Notes: generated by a model from the letters alone, not told the origin. Positions 8,423 to 15,375 are shown, counted from the stretch's first letter. The stretch is 17,205 nucleotides of DNA from Candidatus Micrarchaeota archaeon (GCA_018304385.1 JAGVWJ010000035.1:1-17205), one strand, 5' to 3'. Program-made: numbers and translations.

Positions 8423-8728
8423 TTATGCTTTTACTTCCCCGCCTAAAATTTCAACAACTGTCCAAGACTTTGTTTTACTAATCTTCCTTGTCTCACCAAT
8501 GCGAACCTGATCTCCTAATTTTGCGGACATACAAGGAGGGTTATGCGCTGCAATGCGAGAATGCTCGCGTGCCCATCTTCGATATTTTGGAATATAATTA
8601 ATGATACTTCTTTCTATAATAACTGTGTGCTTACCTTTTGCACTAACAATCTTGCCAGTAAGTCTTCCGCCGCGAACGCGAATCGCACCATGCTTAAAGC
8701 ATTTTTTATCATCACAGTTTGTAGTCAT
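8423..8728 (-). CDS. rps17: 30S ribosomal protein uS17
   Basis: CDDKKCFKHG, G.IVS.K..HTVII, AHNPPC and ETRKISKTKSW motifs. Confidence 0.96.
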   Translation of the reverse strand: MTTNCDDKKCFKHGAIRVRGGRLTGKIVSAKGKHTVIIERSIINYIPKYRRWAREHSRIAAHNPPCMSAKLGDQVRIGETRKISKTKSWTVVEILGGEVKA

Positions 8729-8849
8729 AATATTACCTAAACAATTTAAACCGCCAAAAATAGGCGAATCTTAAAGGTCACGACCTCTAAGGTGTTCGTT
8801 AGATCATTATAAATCAGACGAATAAGTATACAATATTTTGATACTAGGG

Positions 8850-8857
8850 TTTATAAA
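8850..8857 (-). promoter_or_regulatory. Candidate TATA box (TTTATAAA) of an internal promoter for rps17 onward
   Basis: TATA consensus preceded on the minus strand by purine-rich AGAGGA, at the head of a 133-nt spacer. Confidence 0.4.
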
Positions 8858-8861
8858 TCCT

Positions 8862-9134
8862 CTACATAAGCTTCTTAGCCCGCTCTTCTGGCCGAAAGGC
8901 GATTTTTTCACCGCTAATACTAAAGTTAGTGCCATCTTCCAAATTAAAACAAAAAGCACATGAAGTTTTTGGAATCTTTATTTCTTTTCCTCTTTCGCTT
9001 TCTATAACAATTAGATTTTTAGTCTCATCAATTATTTTTCCTTTTTTACCAACTAGCTCGCGGCTGCTTGAATTGATAACTTCGGCATCTAAACCAATAA
9101 AGGTATGATAAAGAATATTTTGTTTAGTTCTCAT
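8862..9134 (-). CDS. rnp1: RNase P protein component 1 (Rpp29/Pop4)
   Basis: NILYHTFIGL..EV, G.KGKIIDETKN and RPEER motifs; canonical position between sui1 and rps17. Confidence 0.93.
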   Translation of the reverse strand: MRTKQNILYHTFIGLDAEVINSSSRELVGKKGKIIDETKNLIVIESERGKEIKIPKTSCAFCFNLEDGTNFSISGEKIAFRPEERAKKLM

Positions 9135-9136
9135 AT

Positions 9137-9442
9137 TTACCTTACTTCTATGCTCTCTTTCAAATATCCAAGTTTCTCCAATATAGGCGATATTCTATTC
9201 TTATGGTTACCCTGCAATATAATTAGACCCTCTTTTGCTGTACCACCGCATGCAAGCTTGCGCTTAAGCTCGCTAGCAGTATCATCAATCTGTGCCTTAT
9301 CTATACCTTCCACAACAGTAACTAGCTTCTTAAATTTTTTAGACTCAGTATAGACTTTAATCTTGGTGACTTCTTGCTTATCAAGAACTTCACATACACA
9401 AAGATCTTTTATCATTCCGCATTTATTACAAACATCTGCCAA
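9137..9442 (-). CDS. sui1: Translation initiation factor aIF1 / SUI1 homolog, TTG start
   Basis: CxxCG..KDLCVC, LKRKLACGGT and LQGNH motifs; SD GAGGT at 9452-9456; the first in-frame ATG would delete the CxxC. Confidence 0.94.
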   Translation of the reverse strand: MADVCNKCGMIKDLCVCEVLDKQEVTKIKVYTESKKFKKLVTVVEGIDKAQIDDTASELKRKLACGGTAKEGLIILQGNHKNRISPILEKLGYLKESIEVR

Positions 9443-9479
9443 AAGGTATCGACCTCATAATTTATTATAAATGGTTTAT

Positions 9480-9487
9480 TTTATAAA
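9480..9487 (-). promoter_or_regulatory. Candidate TATA box (TTTATAAA) of an internal promoter for sui1-rnp1
   Basis: Matches the archaeal TATA consensus in an AT-rich spacer, 38 nt upstream of the sui1 start. The 8-mer is palindromic, so direction is inferred. Confidence 0.45.
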
Positions 9488-9488
9488 T

Positions 9489-9680
9489 TTAAGCTGCAGG
9501 CTTCTTCTCTAACTGATGAATATAAGTTTTCAATCTCGCAATAGCTTGTTTTAATGGCTTGCGCTTTTCTTTCTTGCCTTCACCCATTAGCTCAAGCATA
9601 GATTTCTCTAGCTCAACCAGCTTTTCAGCTGCCTGTTGTTTTGACAATTTCTTAAGATCTTTATTACGAAGCACGCTCAT
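9489..9680 (-). CDS. rpl29: 50S ribosomal protein uL29
   Basis: 63 aa with LR.KDL..LS and K.AIARLKT motifs; follows rps3. Confidence 0.9.
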   Translation of the reverse strand: MSVLRNKDLKKLSKQQAAEKLVELEKSMLELMGEGKKEKRKPLKQAIARLKTYIHQLEKKPAA

Positions 9681-9693
9681 TTTCTCAACCAGT

Positions 9694-10377
9694 TTATGAT
9701 CCTACATTTTCACTAACTTGCTCTGGCTTTGTCTCTTCATCTATCTGCTCAGCAGCAGCAACAACTTTTGGAATTGGAATTGCCTCTTCAGGTTTCTTAT
9801 CAGGGAATATTGTACCTGGTGGAACCAAACGAACTAATATGCCAATCACACCAGATTTTGTATTAGCACTTAAGTGCGCAGATTTAACAGAATACTTACC
9901 TGGCTCTCCAGATTTTGGAATATAACCTGCAGATACGTGCAGTCTCTTTGCACGCGCGCCTTTTGCACCTATCTTACCTGATGCAACGATTTCAGCGCCA
10001 AGCGCGCCAGCTCTAAGAATCTCATGTAAAAAGAAATGTAAAACCGCACGTACTTTTTTACCCATCTCAATATAACGTGCTGCTTTCTTGGCAACAATAC
10101 GCGGCTCTAAGAATGGTTCTCTCACTTCAATAACGCTTATCTGTGGATTTTCAATACTAAACTCTTTTTTTATTGTATCCGTAAGCTCATTTATTAATCG
10201 ACCGCGCTTACCGATAATTCTAGCAGGATTAATAACCTCTAGAGTTATTCTTGTAACGATTGGAGTACGTTGAATATCTACACTAGCAAGACCAGCACGA
10301 TCTAATTTTTCCTCTAAGTATTTCATAATTTGATATTTAATGAAAGGCTCGTTAATCAATTTATCAGTATATAGCAT
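9694..10377 (-). CDS. rps3: 30S ribosomal protein uS3
   Basis: KH domain with RTP..TRI and IIGKRG; GAEIVASGK and GVIGILV motifs; acidic C-terminal tail. Confidence 0.96.
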   Translation of the reverse strand: MLYTDKLINEPFIKYQIMKYLEEKLDRAGLASVDIQRTPIVTRITLEVINPARIIGKRGRLINELTDTIKKEFSIENPQISVIEVREPFLEPRIVAKKAARYIEMGKKVRAVLHFFLHEILRAGALGAEIVASGKIGAKGARAKRLHVSAGYIPKSGEPGKYSVKSAHLSANTKSGVIGILVRLVPPGTIFPDKKPEEAIPIPKVVAAAEQIDEETKPEQVSENVGS

Positions 10378-10387
10378 TCATATTCAC

Positions 10388-11041
10388 CTATTTCTTGATT
10401 TCTCCTCTTCTTAATTTTGAAAGATCAACCTTTTTTGTTTCTGGATGGGTTTCTTTTTTAATATGATCCTTCTCCTGTTTAACCTCCACTTTGGTTTCGT
10501 GGTGTGTTTCTGGCTTGGATTCTGATTTAGATTCTGGTTTGTGTTCTGGTTTTTTTTCAGGTGCTTTAACTTCTACTTTCTTCTCAATAGCAAGTGGTCC
10601 TTTTACTATAACCTCAATACGCGCAGTCTCATAATCTGATCTAAATCTTCGACCTTTTGGCTGCATGCGCGGCATTGAATCTTTCTTATTAGCCAAGACA
10701 TGAACAATAGTTAAATCTTCTGATAACCCTTTTATGCGTGCATTAGCAGCTACACTTTTTATTGCTTTAAGCACTGCGAGCGCTGCCTTTTTTGGATATC
10801 TGCCTTTACTGCCGCCTAACTCTCTTCTATGACCAAGATTGGTATTAAATTTCTTATATAATATAGGTATGCTGCCTTCTGCTGCCTTTTGAAGAAAATC
10901 AAGTGCCCACGCAACCTTTCTTCCATTGATGCAACCGCATACCTGCGAGAGATCTTTATAAGATGCTTCTACACCTTCTGCACGTGAAAATGCATGATTT
11001 TCTAGTTCCTTTTCATCAACAGTATAGCTATAACCTTTCAT
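10388..11041 (-). CDS. rpl22: 50S ribosomal protein uL22 with a ~65-aa K/E/P/H-rich C-terminal extension
   Basis: SYKDLSQVC..I.G, GRYPKKAA and PRMQPKGR motifs. Confidence 0.95.
   Translation of the reverse strand: MKGYSYTVDEKELENHAFSRAEGVEASYKDLSQVCGCINGRKVAWALDFLQKAAEGSIPILYKKFNTNLGHRRELGGSKGRYPKKAALAVLKAIKSVAANARIKGLSEDLTIVHVLANKKDSMPRMQPKGRRFRSDYETARIEVIVKGPLAIEKKVEVKAPEKKPEHKPESKSESKPETHHETKVEVKQEKDHIKKETHPETKKVDLSKLRRGEIKK
10508..10567. repeat. 12-nt tandem repeat (x5) encoding xKPE units in the uL22 tail
   Basis: TTCTGGCTTGGA TTCTGATTTAGA TTCTGGTTTGTG TTCTGGTTTTTT TTCAGGTGCTTT. Confidence 0.75.
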
Positions 11042-11045
11042 GTGA

Positions 11046-11441
11046 TCACTTTAGTGGTACGAATTTACTACCCCTTGTAGCTCCAACACCTGGGCCAGAA
11101 TGTAATACGCGACCAGTAGAATGTGAAAAATCACCCAAGCGCTTTCCTACTTTATCATAAGTAATATCAACTGGTTTGAATTCCTTGCCATTATGAACTG
11201 CAAATTTCAAACCTATCCACTCGGGCAATATTACTGCATCGCGTATATGGGTCTTTATTACTTTTTTGCTGTTCTTTAATTTTAATGCGCGAACCTTTTC
11301 AATAAATGCCTTTAATCTTGGATTTACATTTAATCTTTTTAATGTCCTACGGGCACGTGAAGAAGCAAATTTCATGAAATCTTCTAGCTTAACTGCTGCA
11401 AGTTTATCCTCTTCAAATCCTTTATATGTATCTCTTCTCAT
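11046..11441 (-). CDS. rps19: 30S ribosomal protein uS19
   Basis: [27 protein letters not shown] and [18 protein letters not shown] motifs. Confidence 0.97.
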   Translation of the reverse strand: MRRDTYKGFEEDKLAAVKLEDFMKFASSRARRTLKRLNVNPRLKAFIEKVRALKLKNSKKVIKTHIRDAVILPEWIGLKFAVHNGKEFKPVDITYDKVGKRLGDFSHSTGRVLHSGPGVGATRGSKFVPLK

Positions 11442-12193
11442 GATTCTCCCCCAGCTTCAGTTGCTTTCTTAGATTTCTTTCTCCCAGTTGAGCGCGCTGC
11501 TATATGACCTACCTTTCCACCAGGCGGGGTGCTTCTTGCCACAACAGTAGATTTACCAACATGATGCTGCTTACCGCCATGCGGATGTGTATACGCAGAT
11601 TGGTGTACCCCTCTATTTGTAGGCCAGTAACGATGCCTTGCAAGTTTTTTGTATGATTGATTACCTGCTTTCATTAATGGCTTTTCTAATCTGCCACCGC
11701 CAGAAATAACACCTAATTGCGCGCGGCATTCATTACTAATAATCATTGTTTCCCTGCTAGGTAGCTTAATATAAACAAATTCTCCTTCCTTTGCTACGAT
11801 ATTTGCATAGCTGCCTGGCGCTTTAACAAGCTTACCGCCATCACCAGGATTTCTTTCTATATTATATATATAAGCACCATCTGGAATACGATAGAGTGGC
11901 AAAACGCTTCCTAGCGTTAGCTTTGCCTGCGCTCCAACCTCTACATAGCTGCCAACCATAATGCCTTCTGGCGCAAGTAAATAACCCTCTTCATTATTAT
12001 CATATTTAACACGCATAAGCAATGAATCTCTTCCTGCATCATCAACTAGCTCGAGCACTTTTGCACGAAGCACACCTGTTTTTTCTACATCATCATAATT
12101 TCTATATGTAAGATTAACCCTGCCAATAGTACTTGGAAATCTATAGGTAGGCGAACCACTTCCACGTCTTTGTTGTTTCAATCGTTTACCCAT
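11438..12193 (-). CDS. rpl2: 50S ribosomal protein uL2
   Basis: [34 protein letters not shown] and HPHGG motifs. Confidence 0.98.
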   Translation of the reverse strand: MGKRLKQQRRGSGSPTYRFPSTIGRVNLTYRNYDDVEKTGVLRAKVLELVDDAGRDSLLMRVKYDNNEEGYLLAPEGIMVGSYVEVGAQAKLTLGSVLPLYRIPDGAYIYNIERNPGDGGKLVKAPGSYANIVAKEGEFVYIKLPSRETMIISNECRAQLGVISGGGRLEKPLMKAGNQSYKKLARHRYWPTNRGVHQSAYTHPHGGKQHHVGKSTVVARSTPPGGKVGHIAARSTGRKKSKKATEAGGES

Positions 12194-12214
12194 CGTCTTC
12201 TACCATCCTTATGC

Positions 12215-12298
12215 TCAGCATACTCTAATTCTTCTGTAAGACGTTCGCGCATAGCGCTCCGTCGGCATTTTTATGTTTTTCTTATAGTTAATTATCAT
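12215..12298 (-). CDS. Possible 27-aa small basic ORF (MIINYKKNIKMPTERYARTSYRRIRVC)
   Basis: The ATG follows GGTTGATAGAAA, the same SD style and spacing as rpl4, and this motif overlaps the stop of the upstream orphan ORF. No homology recognised. Confidence 0.25.
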   Translation of the reverse strand: MIINYKKNIKMPTERYARTSYRRIRVC

Positions 12299-12304
12299 TT
12301 TCTA

Positions 12305-12745
12305 TCAACCTACATGATTACAAGCACCACTACCTATTACGCCATCTGTTCTTCTTGCAGTTGCCACATCTGAAATTGCTGATGCAACACTTTCTAGAAT
12401 ATCTGCTTCTGCTGTTAAAACCTCTGATGCACGTCTTTTATGTAACGCTGCCAATCTTAAAATCGCTTGAATATCTTCTCTTCTAATACTGTGATCCTCG
12501 TGCGAGAAACGCTCGACAATTTGTGCAACAGCTGAATCTGAGACTTCCCCTCTACTAGTTAACAATGATAAAACATGGGTTGCGATTGTACCTGCCTGCG
12601 CTAAGCGTATTCTTTGCCTTTGTCCGGCAGCACCATCCACGCTTGGCAAAAATCTTGCAATTTCTTCTCTTAGCACAGCTGATGGAATCCTTGTTTCAAG
12701 CCCGCGCATCGGCCCAACCAAATGTTTTACAACAGCTCCATTCAT
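12305..12745 (-). CDS. Hypothetical 146-aa protein inserted between rpl23 and rpl2
   Basis: Co-oriented ORF filling the gap; preceded by GGGTTGATGAAAA-ATG, like rpl4 (GAGTTGATTAAAA-ATG). Ala/Arg-rich and probably helical; no family recognised. Confidence 0.65.
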   Translation of the reverse strand: MNGAVVKHLVGPMRGLETRIPSAVLREEIARFLPSVDGAAGQRQRIRLAQAGTIATHVLSLLTSRGEVSDSAVAQIVERFSHEDHSIRREDIQAILRLAALHKRRASEVLTAEADILESVASAISDVATARRTDGVIGSGACNHVG

Positions 12746-12754
12746 TTTTCATCA

Positions 12755-12789
12755 ACCCAAAACTCATAACCCATGCCCCATAACTAAAT
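12755..12789. repeat. Heptamer array, A-initial variant (ACCCAAA ACTCATA ACCCATG CCCCATA ACTAAAT)
   Basis: 7-nt period between the rpl23 stop and the SD of the orphan ORF. Confidence 0.7.
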
Positions 12790-12793
12790 TAGG

Positions 12794-13042
12794 TCACGCC
12801 ATCTTCAACTTTGTAGTAATATCCTCTGCTTTGAATCCTTTTGCTAATTTTACAAGAGCGCGCTTTTTGCCGCTTGGCATAATAGATGTTTTAACAGAAC
12901 CTACCTTAACAGCAAATAAGCGCTCTACTTCTTTTTTCACATCTTCCTTTTTTGCGTTTAAGTCTACTTCAAATGTAATTGTATTATTGAATTCTATTTT
13001 GCCAATTGCTTTTTCTGTTTTTATTGGTGCTAATAATATCAT
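12794..13042 (-). CDS. rpl23: 50S ribosomal protein uL23
   Basis: P..TEKA...IE.NNTITF.V, K.DVKKEVE.LF.VKV and KRALVKL motifs. Confidence 0.96.
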   Translation of the reverse strand: MILLAPIKTEKAIGKIEFNNTITFEVDLNAKKEDVKKEVERLFAVKVGSVKTSIMPSGKKRALVKLAKGFKAEDITTKLKMA

Positions 13043-13749
13043 GATGCTTCACCTTTAATAATTTTCTCCAATTCTCTCAACGAATTTTCGGTAAATATTA
13101 CTGACCTACCTGGTTTGCAGCCAGGTGCAAGATGCTTAACACGCAATTCGCTTGCTAGAACCGCATCAACGCCAGCTAAGTTACGCGCTGCCTTAATCGC
13201 TGAAGCAGAAACAAGAATAACAACTGGTGCCTTTGTTCCGTTTTCTTTTGCGCGTGAAACTGCATCACCAAATTTAAGAGATTCGAAAACATTAAGAACA
13301 TCTTTTGTTTTCTTTAGATTTTCAAAAGAGTTCTCAACTATAATTTTATTTTTAGAAGCAGAAAGCGCAGAGCGCAATGCCTTCAAATATTCTTTTTTAT
13401 TTATTTCTTCAACTAATATTTTTTCTGGTTTTGGAGGATGCGCACGACGACCTTTAACAGCATGCGGTACACGCTTAACTTTACCAAACTGTCCTTTTGG
13501 CTGGACTTCATGTGGCAGGTGCGGTATACCTTTATTTTTTACTGCGCCGTACATTTCTTTACGACCACGATATTTTGCACTGGTTTCTAAACCTGCCCAT
13601 CTGTAAGCGCCTTTTGGTTGATACTCCCTACTTTCATCGCTTAGCACTGCTCGTTTAATTAAATCGTCGCGAACTGCTTCACTGAAGAATTGAGGCAAGG
13701 AAATTTCTTTTAGAATTTTTCCATCAAGAGAATATAGATTTGCTTTCAT
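13039..13749 (-). CDS. rpl4: 50S ribosomal protein uL4 (shortened)
   Basis: VRDDLIKRAV, GRRAHPPK, INKKE, KKTKDV, AARNLAGVD and LAPG.KPGR motifs. Confidence 0.96.
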   Translation of the reverse strand: MKANLYSLDGKILKEISLPQFFSEAVRDDLIKRAVLSDESREYQPKGAYRWAGLETSAKYRGRKEMYGAVKNKGIPHLPHEVQPKGQFGKVKRVPHAVKGRRAHPPKPEKILVEEINKKEYLKALRSALSASKNKIIVENSFENLKKTKDVLNVFESLKFGDAVSRAKENGTKAPVVILVSASAIKAARNLAGVDAVLASELRVKHLAPGCKPGRSVIFTENSLRELEKIIKGEAS

Positions 13750-13760
13750 TTTTAATCAAC

Positions 13761-14738
13761 TCATGGTCTAGCAATGTACATTACACTAGGTTCTTTTTGC
13801 ACAGCGCTGGTGCGTACAGCTAATCGCAATTTTATCAATCTTTTTGCAGGCCCTGGAATAGAACCTTTTAATAGGACATAATCATTCTTTACAAAACCAT
13901 AATTAGGAAACCCACCACTTGGATTTACCTTGTCAATATCAGAACCTATTCTCATAATTTGTTTATTCAGCTCTGTTCTTTGATGATACCCCATCTGCCC
14001 AGCTTGCGGAACAGTATAAAGCACATATGCAGGATGCCACTGCCCCAACGTTCCAACATGTCTACGTTTACCTGTTGACTTTCTTCTTTGCACAGCAACA
14101 CCAAATCGCTTTACTGCACCCTGCCAACCTTTTCCTTTTGTAATAGCAACAACATCTACGAACTCGCCTTGCTTAAAAACATCGCTTGCTTTTAGCTCCT
14201 TACCTAAAAGAGATTTAGCATATTCTAATTTTTCATTTGAATCTTTTCCACCAATACCGAGTTCCATTCGCTCAATATGTTTTTTACCAATTGTTGTTTT
14301 AGCTGGTTGGGCAAATACGAGTAGGCGGATATCTTTGATTTCTGCATTCGGCATTCGGCCATCAGCCGTGGGCCCATTGCTGACTGCTGAAGGCTGATTG
14401 CCTTGGACCTTTGGTTTTCTCACGCCTATCTGTTTCAAAACTTTGTCATCAGCTACCAAAACATCCCCAACAGAATTTCCATTATATAATCTATATCCAT
14501 AAACATAAACAGGTGGAACCTCAATAACTGTTGCACCACTTACAACCTCTTGACCTTTTGTTGGTGATTCGGTATGGTCAATATAAGAGATATGAGTCAT
14601 ACCTACCTTATACCCAGAAAAACCAAGAATGCGTTTCACGCCAGAGCTTTGCCAAAAAACACTACCGTTTTGCGAAGCTGCTCTCTTTCTTGGTCGAAAC
14701 GCCATACTACCTCTACGTGGACGATTAAGATCAGTCAT
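13761..14738 (-). CDS. rpl3: 50S ribosomal protein uL3 containing a 21-aa repeat-encoded segment
   Basis: PRRGSMAFRPRKRA, GYKVGMTH, TKGKGWQGAVKRFG, PQAGQMGYHQRTE and KGSIPGP.KRLI motifs. Confidence 0.98.
   Translation of the reverse strand: MTDLNRPRRGSMAFRPRKRAASQNGSVFWQSSGVKRILGFSGYKVGMTHISYIDHTESPTKGQEVVSGATVIEVPPVYVYGYRLYNGNSVGDVLVADDKVLKQIGVRKPKVQGNQPSAVSNGPTADGRMPNAEIKDIRLLVFAQPAKTTIGKKHIERMELGIGGKDSNEKLEYAKSLLGKELKASDVFKQGEFVDVVAITKGKGWQGAVKRFGVAVQRRKSTGKRRHVGTLGQWHPAYVLYTVPQAGQMGYHQRTELNKQIMRIGSDIDKVNPSGGFPNYGFVKNDYVLLKGSIPGPAKRLIKLRLAVRTSAVQKEPSVMYIARP
14344..14406. repeat. Intragenic heptamer array of 9 units (63 nt), quasi-palindromic, in rpl3
   Basis: GCATTCG GCATTCG GCCATCA GCCGTGG GCCCATT GCTGACT GCTGAAG GCTGATT GCCTTGG; GC recurs exactly every 7 nt. 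Confidence 0.88.
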
Positions 14739-14748
14739 TTTATCAACT

Positions 14749-14797
14749 GCTTTTAGCTATTAGCTTTTAGTTACTTGCTAACGGCTAATGGCTAATA
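14749..14797. repeat. Fold-back heptamer array of 7 units upstream of rpl3
   Basis: GCTTTTA GCTATTA GCTTTTA GTTACTT GCTAACG GCTAATG GCTAATA. Confidence 0.85.
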
Positions 14798-14864
14798 ACC
14801 CAAATAATGCATTGCCCTCACTAAGAGGGTTGCCTCTATAAAAAGAGTAACATATCTATGAAGA

Positions 14865-14880
14865 GAAAGGTTTAAATATA
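14865..14880. promoter_or_regulatory. Candidate promoter in the nusA-rpl3 spacer (GAAAGG TTTAAATATA)
   Basis: TATA-like AT block. Direction is ambiguous: the BRE-like purines fit the plus strand, while the downstream operon is on the minus strand. Confidence 0.3.
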
Positions 14881-14882
14881 AT

Positions 14883-14939
14883 GCCATCAGCCGTCAGCCA
14901 TGGGCATTAGGCCACGTTTCGTTTGGCTCATTACTAAGT
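14883..14939. repeat. Heptamer arrays downstream of nusA (GCCATCA GCCGTCA GCCATGG GCATTAG GCCACGT ... GCTCATT ACTAAGT)
   Basis: 7-nt period; shares 17 nt with 677-693. Confidence 0.82.
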
Positions 14940-15367
14940 TACATGCTTCTTCTAGTCTTCAAATGCAATGTAGCATTAAATTTTCTTTTTAATAGAAGCT
15001 TAGCAGCCTTTATCCTTTCGCCATCCTTGCCAATTGCAATGCCACGATCTTTTTCTTCAACAGTAAGAACAACTGCCTGTTCCCCCATGATATTATTAAC
15101 CTCGATAGAGATAATTCCTATATTGCTAAAAAGGTTTCTAACAAATGGTTCAAGCTCATTACTATTTGCAATGATGATTACTTTTTTACGGAGCGCAGAT
15201 TTTAATTTCTCTATATTAAAACCTTTTTTTCCTATTGCCTTGCCTAATTCAGTAGCATCAACAAGAAAAAGCAGCATTGATTCTGTATTTAGATAATCTA
15301 GTGGCATAACCCCAGTAATTTTCTCAAAAATAGAAAAATAAGAAAGATCTTCACTGCTAATTTCCAC
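14939..15367 (-). CDS. nusA: Archaeal NusA (two KH domains), GTG start
   Basis: FEKITG, GKAIGKKG.NI and GIAIGKDG.RIK.A KH motifs; follows rpl30e. Confidence 0.95.
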   Translation of the reverse strand: MEISSEDLSYFSIFEKITGVMPLDYLNTESMLLFLVDATELGKAIGKKGFNIEKLKSALRKKVIIIANSNELEPFVRNLFSNIGIISIEVNNIMGEQAVVLTVEEKDRGIAIGKDGERIKAAKLLLKRKFNATLHLKTRRSM

Positions 15368-15375
15368 AATATCAA

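Noticed and set aside
9681-9693. Absence of rpl16 between rps3 and rpl29
   Set aside because: Normal for archaea, where uL16 (L10e) is encoded elsewhere.
3283-12272. Shared 12-mer GTCGGCATTTTT at 3283-3294 and 12261-12272, both intergenic
   Set aside because: Short, half poly-T, with no similarity in the flanks and no partner arm at the second site; chance cannot be excluded.
12302-12307. Selenocysteine or stop read-through joining the orphan to the 27-aa ORF in the same frame
   Set aside because: Two consecutive stops (TGA TAG) and no SECIS-like evidence.
12305-12745. Calling the orphan a four-helix-bundle/23S rRNA-IVP protein because of its heptamer neighbours
   Set aside because: I see none of the motifs I associate with that family (aromatic-rich N-terminus, SI..NIAEG-like motif); the association alone is insufficient.
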